The notes beneath the pieces are model-generated. The model was not told where the DNA came from. It was given only the letters and a program-made list of their open reading frames with translations, and did no database searches. Shown here one piece after another: positions 38,367 to 48,368 of a stretch of 64,000 nt of DNA (position 1 is the first letter of the stretch; every line of letters begins with the position of its first letter). Source of the DNA: an uncultured Candidatus Saccharibacteria bacterium (GTDB taxonomy: Bacteria; Patescibacteriota; Minisyncoccia; UBA6257; Colwellbacteraceae); NCBI GenBank assembly GCA_964360065.1, contig CAYHTW010000001.1, forward strand, positions 6,526-70,525. Reading direction: 5' to 3'. The position numbers and the translations under genes were made by a program.

Positions 38367-38972
38367 TTATTCTAAAATGCCGTCCAAATTGACATCGTAG
38401 ATGATAGATTCGTTAATAAGGCGATAATCAGTGAGTTCGTCATCCTTGAACCAAAGAGCTATCTCTTTTTCTGCTTCATCTGGAGAACCGGAAGCGTGAA
38501 TGAGGTTTCTCACAGCTCGCCCGCCGACATCCGCCATCTCGTAAGAGTCTGTAGTGAAGTCACCTCTAATAGTACCTACGTCTGATGTTAAAGGCTCTGT
38601 GCCCCCGGTTATTTTTCTCACTATGCCCACCGCATGCATCCCCTGCCAAACCATAGCTACTACCGGACCAGCCGCAAGATATTTTTTCAAGCTTTTTAAA
38701 ATTATTTCCGTGACTTTTACGGGGTCTTCCGATGGAGGAATTTTCCCTTTCTTTTTATAAGACTCAATGGTTTTCAGGCCAGTCTTAACGCGCCACTCCG
38801 GGTCAACTAAATAATGCTTTTCAACAAAGTCGGCCGGAGCAACAGTCATTTTTAAACCCACCAACTTGAGACCCGATTGTTCGTAACGCTTAATTATTTC
38901 TCCTATCAAACTTCTCTGAACGCCATCTGGTTTGATAACTACCAAAGTTCTTTCTTTTTTGATGTTTTTCAT
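38367..38972 (-). CDS. ndk: Nucleoside diphosphate kinase (long form, 201 aa)
   Basis: RTLVVIKPDGVQR, active-site NxxHASGSPDEAEKEI; insertion relative to canonical 140-aa NDK. Confidence 0.8.
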   Translation of the reverse strand: MKNIKKERTLVVIKPDGVQRSLIGEIIKRYEQSGLKLVGLKMTVAPADFVEKHYLVDPEWRVKTGLKTIESYKKKGKIPPSEDPVKVTEIILKSLKKYLAAGPVVAMVWQGMHAVGIVRKITGGTEPLTSDVGTIRGDFTTDSYEMADVGGRAVRNLIHASGSPDEAEKEIALWFKDDELTDYRLINESIIYDVNLDGILE

Positions 38973-38979
38973 CCCAGTA

Positions 38980-40398
38980 TTACTTTCTCTTTCTTATTTC
39001 TATGTTTAGTTCTTTCAATTGTTCCTCCGAAACTTCGGATGGTGCTCCCATCAGGAGGTCTCTGCCGTCCCCTGTCTTCGGGAAAGCGATGACCTCTCTG
39101 ATGTTCGGTTCGTTTTCTATAATCATCAGGAACCTGTCTATGCCGGGGGCGATGCCGCCATGTGGCGGAACACCATATTCAAAAGCTTCCAAAAGATGAC
39201 CGAATTTTTCTTTAACAGCTGCGAGGTTGTTGCCCATAACTTCAAAAACAGAAGCCAGGAGTTCTGGGTTGTGAGTTCTGATTGATCCTCCACCTATCTC
39301 GTAACCGTTCAGAACGAAATCGTATTGTTTAGCAAGTATGGCAGCTGGATCTTTCTTAAACTGTTCTAAGAAATCTGCCTTGTCTCTAACCGCCGGTTGT
39401 GTAAAGGGATGATGAACAGCGTCCCAGCGTTTTTCGCTCTCTTTCCATTCAAACATAGGAAAATCAACCACAAAACAAAATGCCAATTCATCGGGGTCGT
39501 TCTTTCCGCCAGCTGGCGGATTTCTCAAATCCGGCTTATCGGAATTATATTTCTCCATAACTTCTTTGTAAGTCAGTCTCGGAAAAGGAATTTGTTGGAT
39601 CTTTTTATGCGGGTAGAGTTCTTTTACAATTTTAATATAGAGTTCTTCTATTAAAGCCAAGATTTCCTCTTTCTCAATGAAGCTCATTTCAATATCAAGC
39701 TGGGTAAACTCCGGCTGTCTGTCGCCGCGGGTATCTTCGTCTCTAAAACATCTGGCTATCTGGAAATAACGTTCTAAGCCTCCAACCATAAGAAGCTGTT
39801 TGTACTGCTGTGGAGACTGTGGCAAGGCATAGAAATTGCCGGGGTAAATCCTACTCGGCACTAAATAGTCTCTGGCTCCTTCTGGAGTTGATTTGCCTAA
39901 ACTCGGAGTCTCTACCTCTACGAATCCTTCTGCAGTTAGAAAATCACGCATGAATTTAATAACTTTGTGGCGGTTGCGTATATTTTTAGCTACCCTAGGC
40001 CTCCTCATGTCCAAGTAACGGTATTGCATACGAAGATCTTCGCTTATTTCGTGGCCGTCAGTATACAGGGCAAACGGAGGAGTTTTCGCTTTAGTAATAA
40101 TCTCCAGATTTTTTACTTTGACTTCAACTTTACCAGTCTTCAGAGTTTCATTTTGCATGCCGGCAGGACGCTCGGCCACTATTCCTTTAACTCTGATAAC
40201 CCATTCTGGACGGAGAGTGTCGGCCAGAGCGTAAAGCTCGGGGTTTTCTTTGGGCACAAAAACCATTTGGACAAGACCGGATCTATCACGAAGGTCAATA
40301 AAAATGATTTTCCCATGGTCACGGCGAGTATCAACCCAACCGGCCAATTCTACCTCTTGCCCTACTTTCGTAAGGACTTCTTCTGTTAGAATTCGCAT
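38980..40398 (-). CDS. aspS: Aspartyl-tRNA synthetase (no GAD insertion domain)
   Basis: OB anticodon-binding N-domain; class II motif QSPQQYKQLLMVGGLERYFQIARCFRDEDTRGDRQPEFTQLD. Confidence 0.88.
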   Translation of the reverse strand: MRILTEEVLTKVGQEVELAGWVDTRRDHGKIIFIDLRDRSGLVQMVFVPKENPELYALADTLRPEWVIRVKGIVAERPAGMQNETLKTGKVEVKVKNLEIITKAKTPPFALYTDGHEISEDLRMQYRYLDMRRPRVAKNIRNRHKVIKFMRDFLTAEGFVEVETPSLGKSTPEGARDYLVPSRIYPGNFYALPQSPQQYKQLLMVGGLERYFQIARCFRDEDTRGDRQPEFTQLDIEMSFIEKEEILALIEELYIKIVKELYPHKKIQQIPFPRLTYKEVMEKYNSDKPDLRNPPAGGKNDPDELAFCFVVDFPMFEWKESEKRWDAVHHPFTQPAVRDKADFLEQFKKDPAAILAKQYDFVLNGYEIGGGSIRTHNPELLASVFEVMGNNLAAVKEKFGHLLEAFEYGVPPHGGIAPGIDRFLMIIENEPNIREVIAFPKTGDGRDLLMGAPSEVSEEQLKELNIEIRKRK

Positions 40399-40416
40399 AA
40401 AAGTGAGTCCATCATA

Positions 40417-41259
40417 TCATCTTTCTTTGAAAATATTAAGCCTGCCATTATCAGCCTCAATATGCACCGTACCGTCCTTATCGTTTCTGTAAATGGCCGA
40501 GCCTATTGCCACGAGTCTATCTATGGCAGCTTTAGTAGGATGTCCGTAAGTATTTTTACCTACTTGGATCACGGAGACTGCGGGGGTGGCCTCTCTAAGA
40601 AATTCATCTCCACTGGAGTACTTGGAGCCGTGGTGGGCTACCTTCAAGATATCAATATTGACATCATATTTTTCAACCAAACGATGCTCTACGTCAAAAC
40701 CGATATCTCCGGTAAATAAGGTTTTTACTCCGCCTGAAAACAGCTCGGCCGCCAGAACGGTATTGTTTAATTCTGTGTCCCCCAGTTCTGTCTTGTCTGG
40801 AGAAAGGAATTTAATTTCACTCTCCATGTATTTAATACTATCTCCCTCCATCAAGCGCAGAGTATTCACGCGCTTTGAGTTAAGAGCCGAGACTAAACTC
40901 TTCCAACTTTCATTCTCACCCTGACGTCCGTTCCAAATAAAGTAACCTACCTCGTAACGGTCAAGGAGAGAGATAAGTCCAGTGAAATGGTCGGCCTGGG
41001 GATGGGAAAGAATGACTAAATCTATTCGCCTATCAGTAGCCGGCAAAATTTTTCCTAGATTGCTCAATAGTGTTTTATCTGGGCCTCCGTCAAAAAGAAT
41101 TTTTGCTCCCCCAGGTAGAATTGCCAGAGCAGAATCTCCCTGACCTATCTCCATAAAGTAAAGATTGAGATAATTATTTGGCCCTCCTATAACTACCCAG
41201 TACCAAACGAGAGCATTAAGAAGAAATAGACCCAAATAAATTGATGATAAAGATTTCAT
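40417..41259 (-). CDS. comEC: ComEC/Rec2 C-terminal metallo-beta-lactamase domain ORF
   Basis: MEIGQGDSALAI...HPQADH (HxHxDH) MBL motifs; overlaps upstream ComEC membrane ORF by 44 nt in another frame. Confidence 0.75.
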   Translation of the reverse strand: MKSLSSIYLGLFLLNALVWYWVVIGGPNNYLNLYFMEIGQGDSALAILPGGAKILFDGGPDKTLLSNLGKILPATDRRIDLVILSHPQADHFTGLISLLDRYEVGYFIWNGRQGENESWKSLVSALNSKRVNTLRLMEGDSIKYMESEIKFLSPDKTELGDTELNNTVLAAELFSGGVKTLFTGDIGFDVEHRLVEKYDVNIDILKVAHHGSKYSSGDEFLREATPAVSVIQVGKNTYGHPTKAAIDRLVAIGSAIYRNDKDGTVHIEADNGRLNIFKER

Positions 41260-42514
41260 ATCCTAAGAATAATCCGGTTATCCATGCGACTAAAAGTGAT
41301 AAGTGGTAAGAAATTAAGCCAAAGGCCACCGTCACGAACCCTAGAAACATCGTAATCGGCATTAACCCCAGTATCAATACATTAGTAAGCAAGGACCACG
41401 GAGAAAAATAACCGAAAGTGCTGATAATAATCGGGAAGGCAGCCAACTGCGCTGAAGTCGTCTGGAGGGCGTTTTCTTTCCAATTCAAGAAACCTCCCTT
41501 GACTCTTACTTTAAATAATTTCTGGAGCAGTTTTTCTAATAACGGCTGAATATAAACCATACCAATGAGAGCCGCAAAAGAAAGCTGGAAGCCGACATTA
41601 AAGACCAGTAAATCTGGATTAAAGAGAAGCATAATGGCGGCCGTAAGTGTGATAGCATTTCTGACGCTATAAAGGCGGCTGTTTTGTTTGGAGATTAAAA
41701 AGATTACACCCATAATTGCGGCCCTAACAACTGACTCTTCCGCTCCAGTCATAACTACAAATGCAATCACAAAAAGAACCGAAAGCCAGAAGGCTGTTCT
41801 TCTTTTAGTGAAATAAATAAAGATGCTCGCTAAGCCGACGGTGATTATGGAAATGTTGTACCCAGAAAGAGCTACTAGGTGCGTTGTGCCGCTATTTTTT
41901 AAATTAGTCACAAAACCATCCGAAAACTCAGCTCTCTCGCCGAAAAGAAGGCCAGATAAAAAGGCAGCTTTTTCTTGTGGAAGAACCTGAAATATTTTTG
42001 AGACCAGCGTCTCCTTGAAAGAAAAGAGTTTTAACTTTAAGTAACTGCCTTCGTTGAGACCAGTATCTTTTATTAAAGGGCGATTAACATAATTAAGTCT
42101 GCTTGAAGCCGATTCTGTGATTTCGCCCGTAACTATTAAAACATCTCCGTATGAAAACCCAGGATATAGCGGAACGTAAAGTCTCACTTCCCCACCGTAA
42201 GGCTTTTGCAGAGTCACATCTAATTGCTGGTCATCAAGACCGGACTTAGGGTACCCAGAAACAATGGCAACAAAAGATATCTGCTCATCCAATGGAAAGT
42301 TTTGCTGATCTGCTGAATGATATAGGTGGTAATAAAAAGAACCTGAGAATAGGGAAAGGAGCACCATGCATCCCCAAAATAACCTTCCGTCTTTCGCCCA
42401 CCAGACTAGAGCAGTAACGGCAACCGCTAAAAAGAAATTTAAGGAAAGGCTGGCTACTCCAACGCCTAAAATAAAGAAAAGTGAGAAATAAAAAACGATG
42501 TCGTGTATCCGCAT
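41216..42514 (-). CDS. comEC: ComEC/Rec2 N-terminal part (DUF4131 OB-fold + competence membrane domain)
   Basis: Polytopic membrane protein with HLVALSGYNI competence-domain motif. Confidence 0.75.
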   Translation of the reverse strand: MRIHDIVFYFSLFFILGVGVASLSLNFFLAVAVTALVWWAKDGRLFWGCMVLLSLFSGSFYYHLYHSADQQNFPLDEQISFVAIVSGYPKSGLDDQQLDVTLQKPYGGEVRLYVPLYPGFSYGDVLIVTGEITESASSRLNYVNRPLIKDTGLNEGSYLKLKLFSFKETLVSKIFQVLPQEKAAFLSGLLFGERAEFSDGFVTNLKNSGTTHLVALSGYNISIITVGLASIFIYFTKRRTAFWLSVLFVIAFVVMTGAEESVVRAAIMGVIFLISKQNSRLYSVRNAITLTAAIMLLFNPDLLVFNVGFQLSFAALIGMVYIQPLLEKLLQKLFKVRVKGGFLNWKENALQTTSAQLAAFPIIISTFGYFSPWSLLTNVLILGLMPITMFLGFVTVAFGLISYHLSLLVAWITGLFLGYEIFIINLFGSISS

Positions 42515-43068
42515 TAGAACTCTACGGCAATCTTGGCAAATTCTTTCTTGTTAAAAGGATGTTTAATTTCTTTCATCTCTGTGACAAGATCGGCGCGCTT
42601 GACAAAAGATTCCGGCGCATCACGGCCCGTAAAAAGCACTATCTTTTCGGTCGGCAAGTCTTTTATTGTTTCTAAAACCTCTTCTGCGGTTAATAACCCC
42701 AAGGAAACCGCGACATTCACCTCATCAAGAATCAGAACATCTCTTTGGCACAATTCGCTCTTGAAATAATTTAATGCCTCTTTCGCCGCTTTAGAGTGCT
42801 CCTCTTTCGGTAGCTTGTCTCCCAAGATGCCTACGAATCCTAATCCCATCTTTTTAAGTTCAAAGCTTCCCTTGCCGGTCGCTTTATTTTCCCCGTCTAA
42901 GGAGAGTCCGATCTTGGTGGAAATTTCAATAAAATCTTCACCTGATTTCCAAGGACCTTTAATAAACTGGATCATCAAAACGTTTCTTCCACGTCCAACT
43001 GCACGAACTGCCTGACCAAGCGCCGCTGTTGTCTTACCTTTTCCGTTGCCCGTGAAAACTATCAGCAC
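42514..43068 (-). CDS. CobA/CobO/BtuR-family P-loop protein (ATP:corrinoid adenosyltransferase-like)
   Basis: VFTGNGKGKTTAALG...QFIKG motif typical of the family; 184 aa. Confidence 0.55.
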   Translation of the reverse strand: MLIVFTGNGKGKTTAALGQAVRAVGRGRNVLMIQFIKGPWKSGEDFIEISTKIGLSLDGENKATGKGSFELKKMGLGFVGILGDKLPKEEHSKAAKEALNYFKSELCQRDVLILDEVNVAVSLGLLTAEEVLETIKDLPTEKIVLFTGRDAPESFVKRADLVTEMKEIKHPFNKKEFAKIAVEF

Positions 43069-43145
43069 TTATATAATATTCAATAATTAATTTGAATTTA
43101 TTATAACATACTTAAGTATGGTCCGGATAATTAGGCAGTTTGATT

Positions 43146-44216
43146 TTAAACTGTAATCACTCCCCCGCCAAGCATTTCTCCTTTCGGAGAATAAAAAACG
43201 GCTGACTGGCCGGGAGTCACGAATTTTTGAGGACGATCAAAAACAAGTTCTAATGAGCCTTCTTGCCCTTCAACAAGAATGGCCTTACTAAGGGGCTGCC
43301 TATAACGCAGACGAGCATAAACTTCTATGCCTTTTTGATTTTTATGCTGATTTTTTAAAACTAAATTGGTTGAGTTTAGTTTAACAAGCTTCGTTCGAGT
43401 GGTCTTAATTTCTTCCTCATCTCCTAAAACCAAAGTATTAGTCAAAGCGTCTTTGCTTATCACGTAATACGGCTTGTTGCCCGAGATTTTAATACCGTGC
43501 CTCTGGCCAATAGTGTAGAAATAATTGCCTTCGTGTTCTCCCAAGGTTTCTCCCGTAACACTTAAAACCTTACCTCTTTTAACAGGCAGATATTCTCCAA
43601 GGAAATCTCGCATTCTGACCTTGCCTATGAAACAAAGCCCCTGAGAATCTTTCTTCTGGGCCGTAGGTAGCTTAGCATGCTCGGCAATACGCCTGACTTC
43701 TGATTTCAAATAATCGCCAATCGGGAAAAGACTGTGGCTCAACTCATACTGCCCCAGAGTCCACAAAAAATATGATTGGTCCTTGGCCTTATCCCTGGCG
43801 GCTTCTATCACGAATTCTTTACCATACTTGCCAAGCTTCACGTAGTGACCGGTAGCGATGTAGTCTGCTCCCAATTCCAAAGCCTTCTTCAGGAAAAGTC
43901 CGAACTTAATTTCTTTGTTACACATCACGTCCGGATTGGGGGTAAAACCGTCCGCGTAACCATTAACCATATAGTCCACCACCGAAAGTTTGTAATCTTC
44001 TTCCAAATTCAAGACATAGAAAGGGATATCCAAAACTTCAGCTACACGCCTGGCATCTTCAGCGTCAGCTATGTTACAGCCATCTTTATTCCAGCAACGT
44101 AAATGGATTCCGACTACGTCGTAGCCTTGTTTCTTCAGAAGATAGGCCGCTACGGAAGAATCCACTCCCCCTGAAAGGCCGACAAAGACTTTAGGCTTTC
44201 TCAACTCTTTCAACAT
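43146..44216 (-). CDS. mnmA: tRNA-specific 2-thiouridylase MnmA
   Basis: PP-loop VGLSGGVDSSV; catalytic Cys regions; start trimmed to MLKELRKPKVFVG. Confidence 0.85.
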   Translation of the reverse strand: MLKELRKPKVFVGLSGGVDSSVAAYLLKKQGYDVVGIHLRCWNKDGCNIADAEDARRVAEVLDIPFYVLNLEEDYKLSVVDYMVNGYADGFTPNPDVMCNKEIKFGLFLKKALELGADYIATGHYVKLGKYGKEFVIEAARDKAKDQSYFLWTLGQYELSHSLFPIGDYLKSEVRRIAEHAKLPTAQKKDSQGLCFIGKVRMRDFLGEYLPVKRGKVLSVTGETLGEHEGNYFYTIGQRHGIKISGNKPYYVISKDALTNTLVLGDEEEIKTTRTKLVKLNSTNLVLKNQHKNQKGIEVYARLRYRQPLSKAILVEGQEGSLELVFDRPQKFVTPGQSAVFYSPKGEMLGGGVITV

Positions 44217-44760
44217 AGCTTCCTGTTTCGGTGTTAACCCGGACAGTGTCTCCAGTGCTAATGAAAAGAGGGACATTAACTTTGGCACCTGACTCAAGAG
44301 TAACTGTCTTATTGCCCCCCGAAGCAGTATCACCTTTAATCGCCGGCGGAGCATCCATTACTTTATACTCGGCTTTAATAGGTAGTTTGGTACCTACGAT
44401 ATTATCTTCAAAAGTCAGGGCTACTAAAATCATATTAGGCTTAAGGTAGAGCACTTGAGCTCCCAGCTTCTCCTCGCTAATCTGAAAACGCTTGGAGGGG
44501 TCTTTGGGATAGCAGAACCAATGTTCTCCTCTGTGACCATAAAGATATTTAATATCCTTTTTATCCATCTCGGCTTCATAAATAGAATCATTCTGGTGGA
44601 AAGTCTGTTCTCTAACTGAACCTGTAACAAGATTTTTGATTCTGGTCTTACTCACCGGTTTTCTTTGCTGCATTCTTAAAAATTCGTAATCTAAAACTTC
44701 CCAAGGTGTTCCTTCAAGAACTATAAACGTGCCGGGTTTTAATTCGTTATATGAAAGCAT
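44191..44760 (-). CDS. efp: Elongation factor P
   Basis: 189 aa; KPG loop (KPGTF...) and three OB/KOW domains. Confidence 0.9.
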   Translation of the reverse strand: MLSYNELKPGTFIVLEGTPWEVLDYEFLRMQQRKPVSKTRIKNLVTGSVREQTFHQNDSIYEAEMDKKDIKYLYGHRGEHWFCYPKDPSKRFQISEEKLGAQVLYLKPNMILVALTFEDNIVGTKLPIKAEYKVMDAPPAIKGDTASGGNKTVTLESGAKVNVPLFISTGDTVRVNTETGSYVERVEKA

Positions 44761-44763
44761 AGG

Positions 44764-46194
44764 TTATTTATCTTCTACCTGTGTGTCTTTACTGATGGAC
44801 TTGGAGAGTACTTCACGAAGCTCTTCCAGATTAGGAGCTTTCCTTTCTTTTTTAGGATGGACAAGGATATTCAAGGGGCTCTCTTCTCGCCTCTCTGATT
44901 TTTCGGCTACTTCCTGCCTGCCCTTTTGCATGTCTTCGTTTATTTTACGACTCACCGTTTCGGCTGGGGTGCCGTATTTAGCGCGATTGTTTTCAATGAT
45001 GGCCTCCATTGGAGAATGCTCCGTCATTGGCTTAGGAGGAAGAGTTTCCGCCGAAAATGGCTTAGATGCGATACCGTCAATCATCAGTTTTATATAAATA
45101 CTGTATTTTGACAAGTTCACTAGGTCAGTTGCCAGGAACTCGGGGGAAAATTCTTTCTCCATAAATTCAGCGTCTTCGGCTCCGATCCTGAAGAGTACAA
45201 TGGTGCCGACGTTTCCGAAAACAGCCGGACGAACCTTTTCATCAAGCTGTTCAATGTACTGATGAGCCAAAACCAAATCAAGTCTGTATTTCCTAGCCTC
45301 GGAGAGAATACTGGCGAAAGACTCTGTTGCAAAGTTTTGAAACTCATCCACATAGAGATAGAAATCTTTTCTTTCTTTCTCTGGAATGTTGACACGACCC
45401 ATGGCCGCTAATTGCATTTTTGTGATAAGAATGGCGCCTAGGAGAGCGGAGTTGTCTTCTCCGATTCTGCCTTTAGAGAGGTTAGCAATAAAAATCTTCC
45501 CTTCGTCCATCATCTCTCTAATGTTTATGGTGGAGTGGGGCTGACCGATAATATTTCTGATCAAGGGATTAGCTACAAACTGGCCGATCTTATTCAGAAT
45601 AGAGGCCGTAGCTTCTGATTCCAGTTTCTGGGTGTAACGAGAAAACTCGTTAATCCAGAAATTTTTTATAATAGGGTCTTCTAGCCCAGAGACTACTTCT
45701 TTCCTGTAGTCTTTATCGGTTAAAAGCCTGATAACTCCCAAGATAGTTGAGTTCGGGTATTCCAGAAGGGATAGAATGGCGTTATTTAAAATGTACTCCA
45801 TGCGAGCGGACCAGACATCGGGCCAAATCTTTTTAAAGACGCCCATAAGCCCCGAGGCCACAATGTGACGATGCTCATCGCCAACTTTTTCCAGGGGGTT
45901 AAACCCAATGGGGTAATTAACGTCTCCAGGATTAAAGTAAATAACGTCGTCGATCCTATTTTCAGGCACAAAATTGAGAATTTTTTCGGCAAAGTCACCG
46001 TGTGGGTCAATAAGACCTACACCGCGACCGGAAGTCATATCTTCAATGATCATATTTTCCATCATGGTCGTTTTACCGCTGCCGGTTTTACCAATGACGT
46101 ATATATGGCGACGCCTGTCGTCGGTTTTAATGCCGAAAACGGCTTCCCCCTTCCTAAAATTGGTTTTGCCAAGAGGCGTAATAATTTCGTCCAT
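44764..46194 (-). CDS. Soluble type IV coupling protein-like ATPase (VirD4/TraG/TrwB-family nucleotide-binding domain without transmembrane domain)
   Basis: Walker A GKTGSGKTTMM followed by GVGLIDPHGDF (TrwB-like xxDPxGD), Walker B FYLYVDEFQNF, LVLAHQYIEQL; 476 aa, no N-terminal TM. Confidence 0.6.
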   Translation of the reverse strand: MDEIITPLGKTNFRKGEAVFGIKTDDRRRHIYVIGKTGSGKTTMMENMIIEDMTSGRGVGLIDPHGDFAEKILNFVPENRIDDVIYFNPGDVNYPIGFNPLEKVGDEHRHIVASGLMGVFKKIWPDVWSARMEYILNNAILSLLEYPNSTILGVIRLLTDKDYRKEVVSGLEDPIIKNFWINEFSRYTQKLESEATASILNKIGQFVANPLIRNIIGQPHSTINIREMMDEGKIFIANLSKGRIGEDNSALLGAILITKMQLAAMGRVNIPEKERKDFYLYVDEFQNFATESFASILSEARKYRLDLVLAHQYIEQLDEKVRPAVFGNVGTIVLFRIGAEDAEFMEKEFSPEFLATDLVNLSKYSIYIKLMIDGIASKPFSAETLPPKPMTEHSPMEAIIENNRAKYGTPAETVSRKINEDMQKGRQEVAEKSERREESPLNILVHPKKERKAPNLEELREVLSKSISKDTQVEDK

Positions 46195-46201
46195 AATATT
46201 C

Positions 46202-47518
46202 TTATTTGTAATCTTGAACTATCGGCAGATTCATAGGAGCACTGCCTTTTTTGGCTTCTAAGTGCTTCAAGTTCGGAGCGCCCACATAAGTTGTCGGCGG
46301 ATGATAGATAGTAGCCAGCTCTTCAACTGAATAAATCGATGTCTTTAGATTAAGCTTACCCGGCACTTTAGGCAACTCTGGCATTTCCCTATCAACGTAA
46401 GCCTGGAAGAGTTTTTGCTTCTTTTTGAGCAGCTTGGCAGTCCTCATAAATCTGCCTACTGAGCTCGGGGTTGTCATAGTATCTTTATTTGGTTTAAACC
46501 CATTCATATTAGGGATATTGAATTGTTTAATGGCTCCTTGAATGGCGGTAACGTTGGAGTCGTTAAAAGATTCTTTCCCGTCTATATAAATAAGTCTTAA
46601 GATACATTCAAATGTAGCCTTAGAAATTTTGTTGCCTACTGCCTTTAAAATATCTTGTTCTCCTGGAGAAGATTTGGCTCCCCCACCCTTGTCTTCTTTT
46701 TTAGCTGCTCCCCAAGTGGGTTCTTTAGTCGAATCCAAAGGATTGATAGCCATAATAAAGTTAGTAATAAATTTCATTATGAAATCTGTGCCAGAAGATT
46801 TCTTAGCTTTCCCTGGCCGACCCATAACTTTACTGATCATTTCATCAGCCTTATCTTTTAAGTCAACTTCGGTCCCCCTCACTAAAAGCTGCATTAGAAC
46901 TACTTCGTCATCCCGAAGAGCCGACAGTGCTTCGAAAAGAGTCGCCAAAGGATCAATTCTTCTTTCTTCTATATTTTCTTCAAAGGCCAAGTAAGTTCTT
47001 ATCGGCAGGTGGTCGTCTTTAGACAAGACAAAGTCCAGGCCGAATAGATCGTAGACATCGTTAGGCACGGTTTCACCAAAACTGCTCAAATAATCCTCGG
47101 TCTCGTTAATTTCTGATTCCGGATACTGGGAAAGAAAGGCGGCTTCAACCATGGCTCTTTTCTTCGCCGGCACTCTCACGTAAAAACTAATACCAGTGGC
47201 ATCGCCTACCAATTCAAACGAAACCCATTCTTCCATTTTCCCTTTCCACCATGTATCCCAAAATTTAAAGGGTCCCGATTTGATACTGTGGATACTGGTA
47301 AAAACCTGCTCCATAGCCTTGGCTGACTTTAAATTACCCCTAGGGATAGTGATTTCCAAGAGAACCCATTTCATGCCAGCCAATGTCTTACGGTGAATGG
47401 CAATGAGCCAGAATTTCTTGCCGATATCAATCGCGATAAAAACAAAAACGATAAGAACCACCAGGAATGTTATATTTTGCAGGATGGTGGAAATAATTGT
47501 GAGAATTTGACCAGGCAT
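46202..47518 (-). CDS. Membrane-anchored protein of unknown function (N-terminal TM, ~400-aa soluble domain), operon partner of the ATPase
   Basis: 438 aa; hydrophobic 26-aa N-terminal segment; start overlaps stop of upstream gene at 47518. Confidence 0.5.
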   Translation of the reverse strand: MPGQILTIISTILQNITFLVVLIVFVFIAIDIGKKFWLIAIHRKTLAGMKWVLLEITIPRGNLKSAKAMEQVFTSIHSIKSGPFKFWDTWWKGKMEEWVSFELVGDATGISFYVRVPAKKRAMVEAAFLSQYPESEINETEDYLSSFGETVPNDVYDLFGLDFVLSKDDHLPIRTYLAFEENIEERRIDPLATLFEALSALRDDEVVLMQLLVRGTEVDLKDKADEMISKVMGRPGKAKKSSGTDFIMKFITNFIMAINPLDSTKEPTWGAAKKEDKGGGAKSSPGEQDILKAVGNKISKATFECILRLIYIDGKESFNDSNVTAIQGAIKQFNIPNMNGFKPNKDTMTTPSSVGRFMRTAKLLKKKQKLFQAYVDREMPELPKVPGKLNLKTSIYSVEELATIYHPPTTYVGAPNLKHLEAKKGSAPMNLPIVQDYK

Positions 47519-48360
47519 TAATTTTTAAGGTGGTCTTTTAGAGCGTAAGTGCCACGGTCCACCAGAATGAACCTTGAGTCCTTGATAAGTTCGTTGTGGA
47601 CAGTAGTAGCTGGATGAACCTTCTTCTTACTTAACTTATTTACTAAATCAGCGATTTCCTTAAAGTGTAAAGGAGTCTTCGCTTTTTTCAAAACTAAGAA
47701 ACTCTTATCTTTAACAGTCTTCGGTTGAATATGAGGCCAGTGATCAGCACCCAATTCCCCGTAGGGCCCAACATCAAAATGCTTGGAAATAGAAAGATAA
47801 TTAATGATGATAATTTCCGAAAGTTCGAACTTTTTAATTACCGTCGCCATGAATTTATCAAAATCGTGCTCTTTAAATTTGCGTAGGTTATCTGAAATAA
47901 GTGAAGCTAATTTATAAGCTTCTTTATCGTTGTGCCAGACATCGTGGAAATGATTGTCACTTGTAACTATATACGGTTCGCCCATTACCTTCGCTAGTAA
48001 TCGGAGTTCGCTGCCGAAAGTATCTTCGTCATATTTAACTCTGGAGATAATACGCAAGTCTCGCACCAGTTCTCTGGCTCGCCTTAAATTACCTAAGTGA
48101 TTCAGGTATTCGTTAACAACTTCTAAAATAGCCGTGGCTTCTTCTTCGTCTATGTGGCCGCGAAGAACCTCCAGTGAGCTCTCTTCTATCTGACGAATCC
48201 TCTCACGAGTCAAGCCATAGGACGAACCCAAAGAAGAAAGAGTCTTCACATCTTCTCCATAGAGACCATAGCGACTCTTAAGAACCTGGGCCGCTCTTGG
48301 GTCCAGTTCTTTAATAGCATCTTCCAAGACACGGCGAGTATTAAGGGTAACGCCAAACAT
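47518..48360 (-). CDS. DNA-binding protein with N-terminal sigma-70 region-4-like HTH and C-terminal HARE-HTH (RpoE-delta N-domain-like) domain
   Basis: LDPRAAQVLKSRYGL...LSSLGSSYGLTRERIRQIEESSL (sigma70 r4); C-terminal KTPLHFKEIADLV...HPATTVHNELIKDSRFILVDRGTYALK (HARE-HTH signature). Confidence 0.5.
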   Translation of the reverse strand: MFGVTLNTRRVLEDAIKELDPRAAQVLKSRYGLYGEDVKTLSSLGSSYGLTRERIRQIEESSLEVLRGHIDEEEATAILEVVNEYLNHLGNLRRARELVRDLRIISRVKYDEDTFGSELRLLAKVMGEPYIVTSDNHFHDVWHNDKEAYKLASLISDNLRKFKEHDFDKFMATVIKKFELSEIIIINYLSISKHFDVGPYGELGADHWPHIQPKTVKDKSFLVLKKAKTPLHFKEIADLVNKLSKKKVHPATTVHNELIKDSRFILVDRGTYALKDHLKN

Positions 48361-48368
48361 ATTTCGTT

